From Gemmatimonadota bacterium (GTDB lineage Bacteria; Gemmatimonadota; Gemmatimonadetes; Longimicrobiales; Gaopeijiaceae): DNA of 57,093 nucleotides. Below, piece by piece: positions 49,970-57,093 of this stretch. Position 1 is the stretch's first letter. The number at the start of each line of letters is the position of its first letter. The stretch lies in contig JBDHHQ010000026.1 of the NCBI GenBank assembly GCA_039589315.1, positions 1-57,093 on the forward strand. Reading direction: 5' to 3'. The notes beneath the pieces were generated by a model. That model was not told where the DNA came from and ran no database searches. It saw only the letters and a program-made list of their open reading frames with translations. A program made the translations under genes and the position numbers.

Positions 49970-51129
49970 CCGGCCGCCGCGAGCGGCCACGAGGGAGGCT
50001 CGTACCGATGGTGGCCCGCGTCGCCGGACTGAGCCTGGCGACCAGCCTCCCCCTGGGTGGCCAGGAGCCGGTCGATCCGGTCCTCGCGGGCCAGGTTTTC
50101 CTGGCGTCGGAGCCGCTACCGTCTGTCATGGTGGTCCTTCACAAGGTCGCTCCGGACGATGCCGGCGAGGTGGACAGCCTCCCCACCGCTCCCGACGGCA
50201 GCTTCGCCTTTCGGCTTCCTCACGTGCCGGACCACGAGCTTCGCGGAGAGATCTTCTTCGCCTCGGTTCGATATCGAGACGTGCTCTACTTCGGCCCGCC
50301 CATCAGCCACGCGATCGAGCTCGACAGCGCCTACGTCATCCAGGCCTACGATACCGCCGCCGCTCCACCAGGCGGAGCCCGGCTACCCGTTCGGGTCCGC
50401 AACGTGTTCCTCGAGTCTGACGGAAACGGCTGGCAGGTGACCGACCTGCTCCAGCTGCACAATCCAGGCGACCGTACCCTGATCGCACAACCCGACGATG
50501 TCACCTGGACCCACCCCCTCCTGATGGGGGCCAGGGACTTCGAGTTGGGTCAGGGTGACCTGGCCCCGGAGCAGATCCGGTTCGCAGAGGGAGGCGTGTC
50601 GGTCACGGCGCCCCTGCCACCCGGCGATCGGTTGGTGGTGGTGCGGTACCGCCTCGAAGACGTGGAAACGGTCATGCCGATCGTCGGGTCGACGGAACGG
50701 GCCGAGGTCCTGATCGCGGAGCCCGCTCCGCTGCTGGAGGTGACCGGGCTGGAGGCCCTGGATACCGTCGAGCTGGAGCCCGGCACGAGCTACCGCCGGT
50801 ACCAGGGCACGGATCTGATGAACGCGACGATCCACGTGATCAGGACCGAGCCTCCCCGGGGCTTGCCCACCCGGTGGCTCGCGGTCCTGTTGGCTCTGGT
50901 GCTGGCGGGCGCTGGCGTGCTGGCGTTCCGCTGGCCGTTCGGCCGTCCGGGAACGGCGGGGGACCCTGGTTCCGGAGCCGAGGGGCGTCGGCAGCGTCTG
51001 CTACTCGAGATCGCGAGGCTGGACGAAACCCACGGCTCGTCCGACGCCGGGGACTCCGAGTCCGAGGCCCGCTACCGGGCCCACCGGGCGGAGCTGATCC
51101 GCAAGCTGGACGTGGACTCTTCCCGATGA
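49966..51129 (+). CDS. exported protein with a beta-sandwich domain, a C-terminal TM helix and a short helical tail
   Basis: Signal-like N-terminus, T..DGSF.F motif, TM WLAVLLALVLAGAGVLAF and tail RQRLLLEIARLD...Y...RAEL. Overlaps both neighbours. Confidence 0.7.
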   Translation: MTGRRERPRGRLVPMVARVAGLSLATSLPLGGQEPVDPVLAGQVFLASEPLPSVMVVLHKVAPDDAGEVDSLPTAPDGSFAFRLPHVPDHELRGEIFFASVRYRDVLYFGPPISHAIELDSAYVIQAYDTAAAPPGGARLPVRVRNVFLESDGNGWQVTDLLQLHNPGDRTLIAQPDDVTWTHPLLMGARDFELGQGDLAPEQIRFAEGGVSVTAPLPPGDRLVVVRYRLEDVETVMPIVGSTERAEVLIAEPAPLLEVTGLEALDTVELEPGTSYRRYQGTDLMNATIHVIRTEPPRGLPTRWLAVLLALVLAGAGVLAFRWPFGRPGTAGDPGSGAEGRRQRLLLEIARLDETHGSSDAGDSESEARYRAHRAELIRKLDVDSSR

Positions 51130-51881
51130 GCCTGGTCTCGACGCCGGCCATCCTGCTTCGCTCCTTCGCCTACGGCGAGACGAGCACGATCCTCAAGTTC
51201 TACGCGCGGGACCTGGGCGTGACCGGTGTCATGGCCCGGGGTGCCCGGAGCAGGCAATCCCGGGGCCAGGGGGGCATCAGCACCTTCGCCGAGGGGGTGC
51301 TCAGCCTCTACGTGAAGGCCAACCGGGAGCTCCAGACGCTCAAGGAGTTCGCGCCGACGGCCGGTCGCCGTCAGCTAGCTGCCGACGTGACCCGTTTTGC
51401 CGCCGCCTCCGTGCTCGCCGAAGTCGTGCTTCGTCATGCGGGGGAGGAGGGCAATCCTCCGCTGTACCACCGCCTGGCCACGGCGCTCGACCGACTGGGC
51501 GAGACGGAGACGGAGCACGCAGTGGTGGACTTTCTGGCCGAGGCGTGGGGCATCGTGGACGGACTCGGCTACCGGCCCGAGCTGGCTCAATGCGTCGCAT
51601 GCGGCCGACTGCTGGCGGTGGACGAGATGGGGCGCTTCGACTTCTCCGCTGGGGGGATTCGTTGCGGTGATTGCGGTGGGGAAGGGGCCGGACCTCGGAT
51701 CGGCGGCGGCGCTCGGGCGCAGCTGTCCGCCCTCGTCGAGGGTGAGCGTCCGGCCGACTTCCGGCGGGCTCGGGCCCACGTCAAGCTCCTGAACGACTTC
51801 GTGACCTATCACGTGTCCGAGGGCCGGCCGCTCCAGTCGATGGCCTTCCTCTTCGACCTGGTACCGAGGACCGATGCGTAG
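51126..51881 (+). CDS. recO: DNA repair protein RecO (zinc-finger type)
   Basis: LLR...YGET..I, ARGAR and CVACG...GGIRCGDC. Confidence 0.93.
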   Translation: MSLVSTPAILLRSFAYGETSTILKFYARDLGVTGVMARGARSRQSRGQGGISTFAEGVLSLYVKANRELQTLKEFAPTAGRRQLAADVTRFAAASVLAEVVLRHAGEEGNPPLYHRLATALDRLGETETEHAVVDFLAEAWGIVDGLGYRPELAQCVACGRLLAVDEMGRFDFSAGGIRCGDCGGEGAGPRIGGGARAQLSALVEGERPADFRRARAHVKLLNDFVTYHVSEGRPLQSMAFLFDLVPRTDA

Positions 51882-53769
51882 GTTGATCCTGGGCACTGCC
51901 GGGCACATCGACCACGGCAAGACCGCTCTGGTACGGGCGCTCACCGGTGTCGATACGGACCGGCTGAAGGAGGAGAAGGCCCGGGGCATCACCATCGAGC
52001 TCGGGTTCGCGGAGTTCGAAGTCGGTGACGGTCACTCGTTCGGCGTCGTCGACGTGCCCGGGCACGAGAGCTTCGTCCGCACGATGGTCGCGGGGGCTAC
52101 CGGCATGGACGTCGTGCTGTTGGTCGTCGCTGCCGACGAAGGCGTGATGCCGCAGACCCGGGAGCACGTGGCCATCGTTCGGCTCCTGGGCGTCGATCGC
52201 CTCGCCGTGGCGCTGACCAAGGCAGACCTGGTCGAGGACGCGTGGCTGGAGCTCGTGACCGACGACGTGAGAGACCTGCTCGCTGACACGCCATACGGCG
52301 GCGCTGCCGTCGTGGCCACGTCGGCCGAGACCGGGCACGGGCTGGAGGCTCTGACCGAGGTCCTCCGCTCCCTGGCGGCGGAGACACAGGGGCGGGACAG
52401 CACCGACGTGCTTCGGCTGCCCATAGACCGGGTCTTCACGGTGCGGGGGACTGGTACCGTGGTCACCGGGACCCTTTGGACCGGCACGCTGAAGAAAGGG
52501 CAGCGGATCCGGGTCGAGCCCCACGGGCCGGAAGCGCGGATCCGAGGGCTGCAGGTGCACGGCCGCGAGGTCGGCTCGGTCGCAGCGGGTGCCCGCACGG
52601 CCGTAGCTCTGGTGGGTCCCGATGTGGGGCGCGGCGGCGTGACCCGGGGTCAGTGCGTGGTCACCGACTGGCCCCCGTCCAACATGCTCACGGCGCGACT
52701 GAGCGTGCTGCCGAATACGGGGTGGCAGGTCGAGCACGGACAGAGGGTCCGGGTGCATGCCGGCACCGCCGAGGTGATGGCTCGGTGCGTCGTTCCCTCA
52801 GGAGTGATCGCCCCCGGCGACACGGACTGGTTACAGCTCCGTCTCGAGGAACCCGTCGTCGCCAGGGCGCGGGACCGCTTGATCGTCAGGTCCTACTCGC
52901 CGGTCACGACCATCGCCGGTGCGGCCGTGGCGGAGCCCCATCCCCTCAAGAGAGCCCGCTTTTCGAGCGCCGAGGTGAAACGCCTGGAGAAGATCCTGAA
53001 CGGCGCTTCGGCCATCGCGGTGGAGGCCGCGCTGGAGCAGGCTGGGTGGGCCGGGATCGAGGCGGACCGCATCCACCTGGCCACGGGCGTTGCGCAATCG
53101 GAGGCGCAGCGGGCTTCCGCCGACCTCATCGCTCAGGGAGCCCTCGCGGCAGCCGGAGCCGTCCACGCGGCCAGCTTCGCGACGAAGGCGGAGGCCGTTC
53201 TGGAGGGTGCGGTGGGTGAGTGGCATCGTCGACAGCCGTTACAGCGTGGGATCCCCCTGGAGATCCTCCGCCAGAGGCTCCCGACCGGCGCGTCGGAGGG
53301 CCTGGCGGACGCCGTGATCCGTCGCCTGCAGGACGCGAACCGTCTGGCGGTCCGCGGCGGAGTGGCCGCGCTCCCGGACTTCGCGATCCGGCTCACCCAA
53401 GAGGCGCAGGTGGCGCGAGACCGGTTGGCCGGTGTGTACCGGGCCGCGGGGTTGGCTCCGCCGACACTGCGTGAGCTTCCGGACGACCTCCGGAGCCGTA
53501 GCGACTTCGAGGCCCTGCTGGAGCTGTTGGTCATCGCAGGAGAACTTCAGGCGCTGGATCAGGGCCTTTACGTCTGGCGAGCAGCGGTCGACGACATGGT
53601 TACGGAGGTCATGCGGCATTTCGGGGGCCGGAGTGGTCTTTCGCCCAGTGACTTCCGTGAGGTCGTGCCACTGACTCGAAAACACCTGATGCCCCTTTTG
53701 AGCTATCTTGACGGGGCAGGGGTCACCGTCCGCGACGGAGACAGGCGGTCGGTCCGCGCCTCGGTTTGA
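51874..53769 (+). CDS. selB: selenocysteine-specific elongation factor
   Basis: [41 protein letters not shown] and a C-terminal winged-helix motif [13 protein letters not shown]. Confidence 0.96.
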   Translation: MRRLILGTAGHIDHGKTALVRALTGVDTDRLKEEKARGITIELGFAEFEVGDGHSFGVVDVPGHESFVRTMVAGATGMDVVLLVVAADEGVMPQTREHVAIVRLLGVDRLAVALTKADLVEDAWLELVTDDVRDLLADTPYGGAAVVATSAETGHGLEALTEVLRSLAAETQGRDSTDVLRLPIDRVFTVRGTGTVVTGTLWTGTLKKGQRIRVEPHGPEARIRGLQVHGREVGSVAAGARTAVALVGPDVGRGGVTRGQCVVTDWPPSNMLTARLSVLPNTGWQVEHGQRVRVHAGTAEVMARCVVPSGVIAPGDTDWLQLRLEEPVVARARDRLIVRSYSPVTTIAGAAVAEPHPLKRARFSSAEVKRLEKILNGASAIAVEAALEQAGWAGIEADRIHLATGVAQSEAQRASADLIAQGALAAAGAVHAASFATKAEAVLEGAVGEWHRRQPLQRGIPLEILRQRLPTGASEGLADAVIRRLQDANRLAVRGGVAALPDFAIRLTQEAQVARDRLAGVYRAAGLAPPTLRELPDDLRSRSDFEALLELLVIAGELQALDQGLYVWRAAVDDMVTEVMRHFGGRSGLSPSDFREVVPLTRKHLMPLLSYLDGAGVTVRDGDRRSVRASV

Positions 53770-53856
53770 TCGAGGTTCGGGCCTCCGGACAACCTTTCCC
53801 ACGCGGCCCGGGTCCAAGAAAGTGGGAGCGGCAGGAAACAGGTGTCGCGAGGATGC

Positions 53857-53886
53857 TTGACGCAGGCGTCGCCACCGCCGTATTCT
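53857..53886 (+). promoter_or_regulatory. sigma70-type promoter
   Basis: TTGACG-18 nt-TATTCT followed by an AT-richer leader. Confidence 0.55.
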
Positions 53887-53977
53887 GATGGTATCGGGTA
53901 AGTTAGTGGTTCCAAGATAACCTTTGGAGGGCTATACGTCTTTCAGCTACGGCACAGCATTCTGTGCGGAGGGTCAG

Positions 53978-54424
53978 ATGAGGCGCGCAAGCCTCTTCTT
54001 CGTCCTCCTCTCCATTTTCGGCCTCGCTACCTCAGCTTCCGGACAGGAGACGGGGACACAGAGGCCGGCTGGGCAGCAGGAGAACGGGTTTCAGCTAGGT
54101 CAGAACTATCCGAATCCGTTCAACCCTGAGACCAAGATCCCGTTTGTCCTGAACGAAGATCTATTCGAGAACGGGCAACCGGTGGTCGTATCGGTTCGGA
54201 TCTTCAACGTACTGCGGCAGCTCGTCGCGGCCCCCACGGCCCTTGGCCATCCGCGGGGCGAGGGCGTGCCGCTGGTCCAGTTGGAGTACGACATCCCGGG
54301 TCGGTACGAGGCGTACTGGGACGGCCGCGACGAGTTCGGTAATCAGGTCGCGTCAGGCGTCTACTTTGTGCAGCTCACGGTGAACGGTCGCAGTCAGGTC
54401 ATGAAGATGTTCGTGACCAAGTAG
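53978..54424 (+). CDS. secreted standalone T9SS type A sorting-domain / FlgD-Ig-like protein
   Basis: Signal peptide, then LGQNYPNPFNPET, IFNVL, WDGRD..G..VASGVYF..L and KM.V.K; SD GGAGG. Confidence 0.85.
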   Translation: MRRASLFFVLLSIFGLATSASGQETGTQRPAGQQENGFQLGQNYPNPFNPETKIPFVLNEDLFENGQPVVVSVRIFNVLRQLVAAPTALGHPRGEGVPLVQLEYDIPGRYEAYWDGRDEFGNQVASGVYFVQLTVNGRSQVMKMFVTK

Positions 54425-54467
54425 GCTGGTACGTTCTGCGGCGGAGGCCGGAGGAGTCGAAAAGCAG

Positions 54468-54499
54468 AGGAGGGGCGCCTCGACCGGGGCGTCCCTCCT
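54468..54499. terminator. bidirectional terminator hairpin
   Basis: AGGAGGGGCGCCTC-GACC-GGGGCGTCCCTCCT between convergent genes. Confidence 0.7.
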
Positions 54500-54515
54500 T
54501 CATCTGCGTCTACGC

Positions 54516-54872
54516 CTACGGGAGGATGTAGATGAACCGCCCGCAGTGCTCGCAGCTGGTCAGCGCCTGGTTGGGGTCCTGCTCGCCAGCCCGGGCCGTG
54601 GCGATCGACACGAAGCAGCCGTAGCAGACTCCGTTGATCACGGGGACGACCACGCGGCCGAGCGACTGCATCACCCGCTCGTAGCGGCTCCGCATCGGAG
54701 GGGAGAGCCCCTCTTCGAGCTCGGCGATCTTCTCCTGGAGCTGGGCAGCGGCTCGCTCCACATCGATGTTGAAGGTCCCGGCCTCGATGTCGAGGCCGGC
54801 GCCCTCCTCGAGCTCCCGGTGTTGCGCGCGAAGGTCCTGTAGCTCCAGCAGGAGCATGAGCTGAGGATGCAT
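54516..54872 (-). CDS. C4-type zinc-ribbon protein (short HP0958/CT398 DUF164-like)
   Basis: L..L.ELQ.L N-terminus, YER, VVPV..GVCYGC...CEHCGRFIY. Confidence 0.85.
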   Translation of the reverse strand: MHPQLMLLLELQDLRAQHRELEEGAGLDIEAGTFNIDVERAAAQLQEKIAELEEGLSPPMRSRYERVMQSLGRVVVPVINGVCYGCFVSIATARAGEQDPNQALTSCEHCGRFIYILP

Positions 54873-54885
54873 GACCTGGTCGCCG

Positions 54886-55338
54886 CTAGGGGGCCTTTTC
54901 CTCCAGGAGCGCCAAGAAGGCATCAGCCGACTCGATCTCTTGCAGGCGTTCCGGCACGACCGGGTCCTTGGCGAATTGCGCGATCTTACCGAGGACCGGC
55001 AGGTACTGATTCGAGACCTCGAGGGGTGGCGCGACGATCAGAAAGAAGTTGTAGACCGGCTGACCGTCGATGGCCTTGAAGTCGACGCCGGCGGGCTTCC
55101 TTCCGTACGCGAGGCGAAGCCTGTTTACGACGAGAGACCGGCAATGGGGGATCGCGATTCCTTTGCCGATCCCCGTCGAGCCGAGGTTCTCTCTGCGCTT
55201 GAGGGTCTTGAAGAGGATGGCCTCCGACTTTTCGTCGAGTTGGAGCAGGCTGATCAGCTCCTTGAGAAGACCGTCTTTCGTCTCTGACTCGAGATCGAGG
55301 CTCACGACGTTGGCCGTGAAGAGCTCACGAAGCTTCAT
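54886..55338 (-). CDS. PTS EIIA fructose/Ntr family (PtsN-like)
   Basis: RRENLGSTGIGKGIAIPHC and DF.AIDGQPV; SD GGAGG. Confidence 0.92.
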   Translation of the reverse strand: MKLRELFTANVVSLDLESETKDGLLKELISLLQLDEKSEAILFKTLKRRENLGSTGIGKGIAIPHCRSLVVNRLRLAYGRKPAGVDFKAIDGQPVYNFFLIVAPPLEVSNQYLPVLGKIAQFAKDPVVPERLQEIESADAFLALLEEKAP

Positions 55339-55393
55339 ATTCGGCACCTCCGGGGGATACCCTTCGGCTTCAAGGTCTGTGGGTACGGACCGT

Positions 55394-55442
55394 AAGATAC
55401 CGTGGCGAAATGTCTTGTCAAAGGAAAGGGCTTCGGTAGGTT
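55394..55442. promoter_or_regulatory. back-to-back promoters sharing one -35 heptamer (TTGTCAA)
   Basis: Minus strand: TTGACA (55421-16)-16-TATCTT (55399-94). Plus strand: TTGTCA (55415-20)-16-TAGGTT (55437-42). Confidence 0.55.
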
Positions 55443-55447
55443 TCGGC

Positions 55448-56452
55448 ATGACCGAAGACTTCATGACCGCGCTGAAGGGGGAGTCGATCCCCCTCTACCT
55501 GGCGCCTCAGGCGGGGGTGAGCGAATCGCCGTTCCGGCGGCTTTGTCGTCGTTTCGGCGCAGACGTCGTCATGACCGAGTTCGTCAGCGCCGACGGCATC
55601 ATCAAGGCGACCGAGCGCGTGAAGTCCTACCTTCGGTTCGACGAGGAAGAGCGCCCCATCGGTGTGCAGATCTTCGGCTCCGATCCCGCAATGATGGCGG
55701 ACGCCGCGTCCCTCGTCGAGGAGGTCTATCACCCCGATCTGATCGACATCAACTTCGGCTGTCCGGTGAAGAAGATCGTGAAGCGGTTCGGCGGCTCCGG
55801 ATGCCTCCGGGACCTGGACCTGGTTCAGCGGATCATCCGCGCCGTCGCAGAGGCGGTAAGGGTCCCCACCACCGTCAAGATCCGGAGCGGGTTCGACGAG
55901 TCCAGCCGTGATCCGGTTGGCATCGGCCTCCGCTGCCAGGAAGCCGGCGCCCGCGTCGTGACGCTGCATCCCCGGACGCGCAGCGACATGTATACGGGCT
56001 CGGCTCGCTGGGACGAGATCGCGGCCCTGGTGGGTGCGCTGGATGTGCCCGTCATCGGCAACGGCGATGTCCGCACCGGTGAAGACGCGTGCCGCATGGT
56101 CGCCGAGACCGGCTGCGCCGCCGTCATGATCGCGCGTGGCTCCCACGGCGGGCCCTGGATCTTCCGGCAGGCCCGGGCCGCGCTGGATGGCGCGCCGATC
56201 CCACCCGACCCGGATGTTAGCACGCGCTTCGAGATCTGCCTGGAGCACGCCCGCAACGCAATCGCCTTCGAGCCCGAGAACGACAAGGCGATGATCGAGT
56301 TCCGGAAGCACCTGGGCTGGTATACCAAGGGCGTTCCGAACGGCAAGCAGCTTCGGCAGGAGCTGTTTCAGGTGACGCGTCTGCAACAGGCGGAGGAGCT
56401 GCTGCTCGCCTACCTGAGCGACCTGAGCGCGTCCCCAGCCGACGCCGCATAG
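55448..56452 (+). CDS. dusB: tRNA-dihydrouridine synthase
   Basis: LAP.AG, VQIFG, DINFGCP, TVKIR.G, HPRT, IGNGD, MIARG and RKH..WY. Confidence 0.93.
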   Translation: MTEDFMTALKGESIPLYLAPQAGVSESPFRRLCRRFGADVVMTEFVSADGIIKATERVKSYLRFDEEERPIGVQIFGSDPAMMADAASLVEEVYHPDLIDINFGCPVKKIVKRFGGSGCLRDLDLVQRIIRAVAEAVRVPTTVKIRSGFDESSRDPVGIGLRCQEAGARVVTLHPRTRSDMYTGSARWDEIAALVGALDVPVIGNGDVRTGEDACRMVAETGCAAVMIARGSHGGPWIFRQARAALDGAPIPPDPDVSTRFEICLEHARNAIAFEPENDKAMIEFRKHLGWYTKGVPNGKQLRQELFQVTRLQQAEELLLAYLSDLSASPADAA

Positions 56453-56579
56453 CCCGTGCACCGGCGGCGTCGGCCTTGAACGCGCGAGGCAGTCGACCGA
56501 AACTGAAGGCAGGGCCCCGAGGAGGAACCCAACGCCTTCGCGACGGGGTAGTACAGCGTACCACCTTAGCCGAATACAA

Positions 56580-56934
56580 GGGGGCGACACGGCTTCGACG
56601 TGTTTGGTGAACGTGAGGTTGCGTGCCGAGGTTCCGGTGACCTCGTTAAACCTGCCGGAAACATCACAATTGCCAACTCTGAACTGGCCCTGGCTGCGTA
56701 ATAAACTGCGCGCCCGTCTCTTAGCCATGCTCGCCTGAAGCGGGCTCTGAGACGTCGACAATCAGGCTGGTGCCCCGGTGATGCTGCCGCGTCGGGGCGC
56801 GAGACTCAGACGGCGGCTAGCTCCGGAGCTCGGTTGTTCGCTGGCCGGTCCAGAGCGAAATCCACAGCGTACTACGCACGTAGAGACTTTGCCGGATCCA
56901 CTCGCGGACGCGGGTTCGACTCCCGCCGCCTCCA
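56580..56934 (+). ncRNA. ssrA: tmRNA (tag peptide ANSELALAA)
   Basis: Acceptor stem GGGGGCG/CGCCTCC-A with a G3-U wobble, T-arm GCGGGTTCGACTCCCGC, and tag ORF GCC AAC TCT GAA CTG GCC CTG GCT GCG TAA TAA at 56672-56704. CCA is not encoded. Confidence 0.96.
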
Positions 56935-56940
56935 CTAAGG

Positions 56941-56973
56941 GCCCCTGTGACCAGGCCGGTCGCAGGGGCTTCG
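56941..56973 (+). terminator. terminator after ssrA
   Basis: Stem-loop GCCCCTGTGACC-AGGCC-GGTCGCAGGGGC followed by TT. Confidence 0.7.
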
Positions 56974-57093
56974 TGCTGCCAGGATCTGCTGGCTCGACAG
57001 GCGGCGGGAGGCGAACCCGCCTGGATCGAGCAAAGCTCGAGACAGCTACGCGGGTTTGAGCCGAGCGGCCTGCCTGGTGTCGCAGAGCATTCC

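Noticed and set aside
56455..56579. c-di-AMP (ydaO) riboswitch suggested by GGAGGAACC...GGGGT
   Set aside because: The 3' half of the consensus is missing, and the region is the ssrA promoter/leader.
12306..56761. Many long antisense or alternate-frame ORFs (e.g. 12306-13979, 32381-34060, 55418-56761)
   Set aside because: These are shadow ORFs expected in high-GC DNA. They overlap well-supported genes and carry no motifs.
56778..57059. 93-aa ORF
   Set aside because: It overlaps the tmRNA and its terminator.

Overview
High-GC bacterial chromosome segment. The gene content and order suggest Gemmatimonadota, which is an inference. Positions ~1-16.5 kb are a mixed accessory region: an S58/DmpA-family peptidase with a Na+/solute symporter, a glycosyltransferase with an AsnB-like gene, an outer-membrane/DUF3943/EEP-hydrolase cluster, PadR with a triple palindromic operator, a lone receiver protein, a Tat-exported PLP enzyme with a thioredoxin lipoprotein, and a TonB-dependent receptor. 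Positions ~16.6-53.8 kb are one co-oriented housekeeping run: rnz, tyrA, fused aroA-cmk, rpsA with a long acidic repeat tail, an LpoA-like lipoprotein, acyl-CoA carboxylase and methylmalonyl-CoA mutase genes, argS, purM, the rib genes, nusB, hpf, hprK, a full mannose-family PTS, metK, DUF151, recO and selB. The window ends with a cargo-less T9SS-CTD/FlgD-like secreted protein, a PTS EIIA(Ntr-like) plus zinc-ribbon pair, dusB and tmRNA. I found no CRISPR array, integrase, transposase, rRNA or tRNA. The best leads for undescribed biology are the standalone sorting-domain protein, a two-state RNA structure between metK and DUF151, the Tat-PLP/thioredoxin/TonB module, the EIIA-zinc-ribbon pair and the OMP-DUF3943-EEP cluster. 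All family calls come from recognising motifs by eye; no database searches were run.
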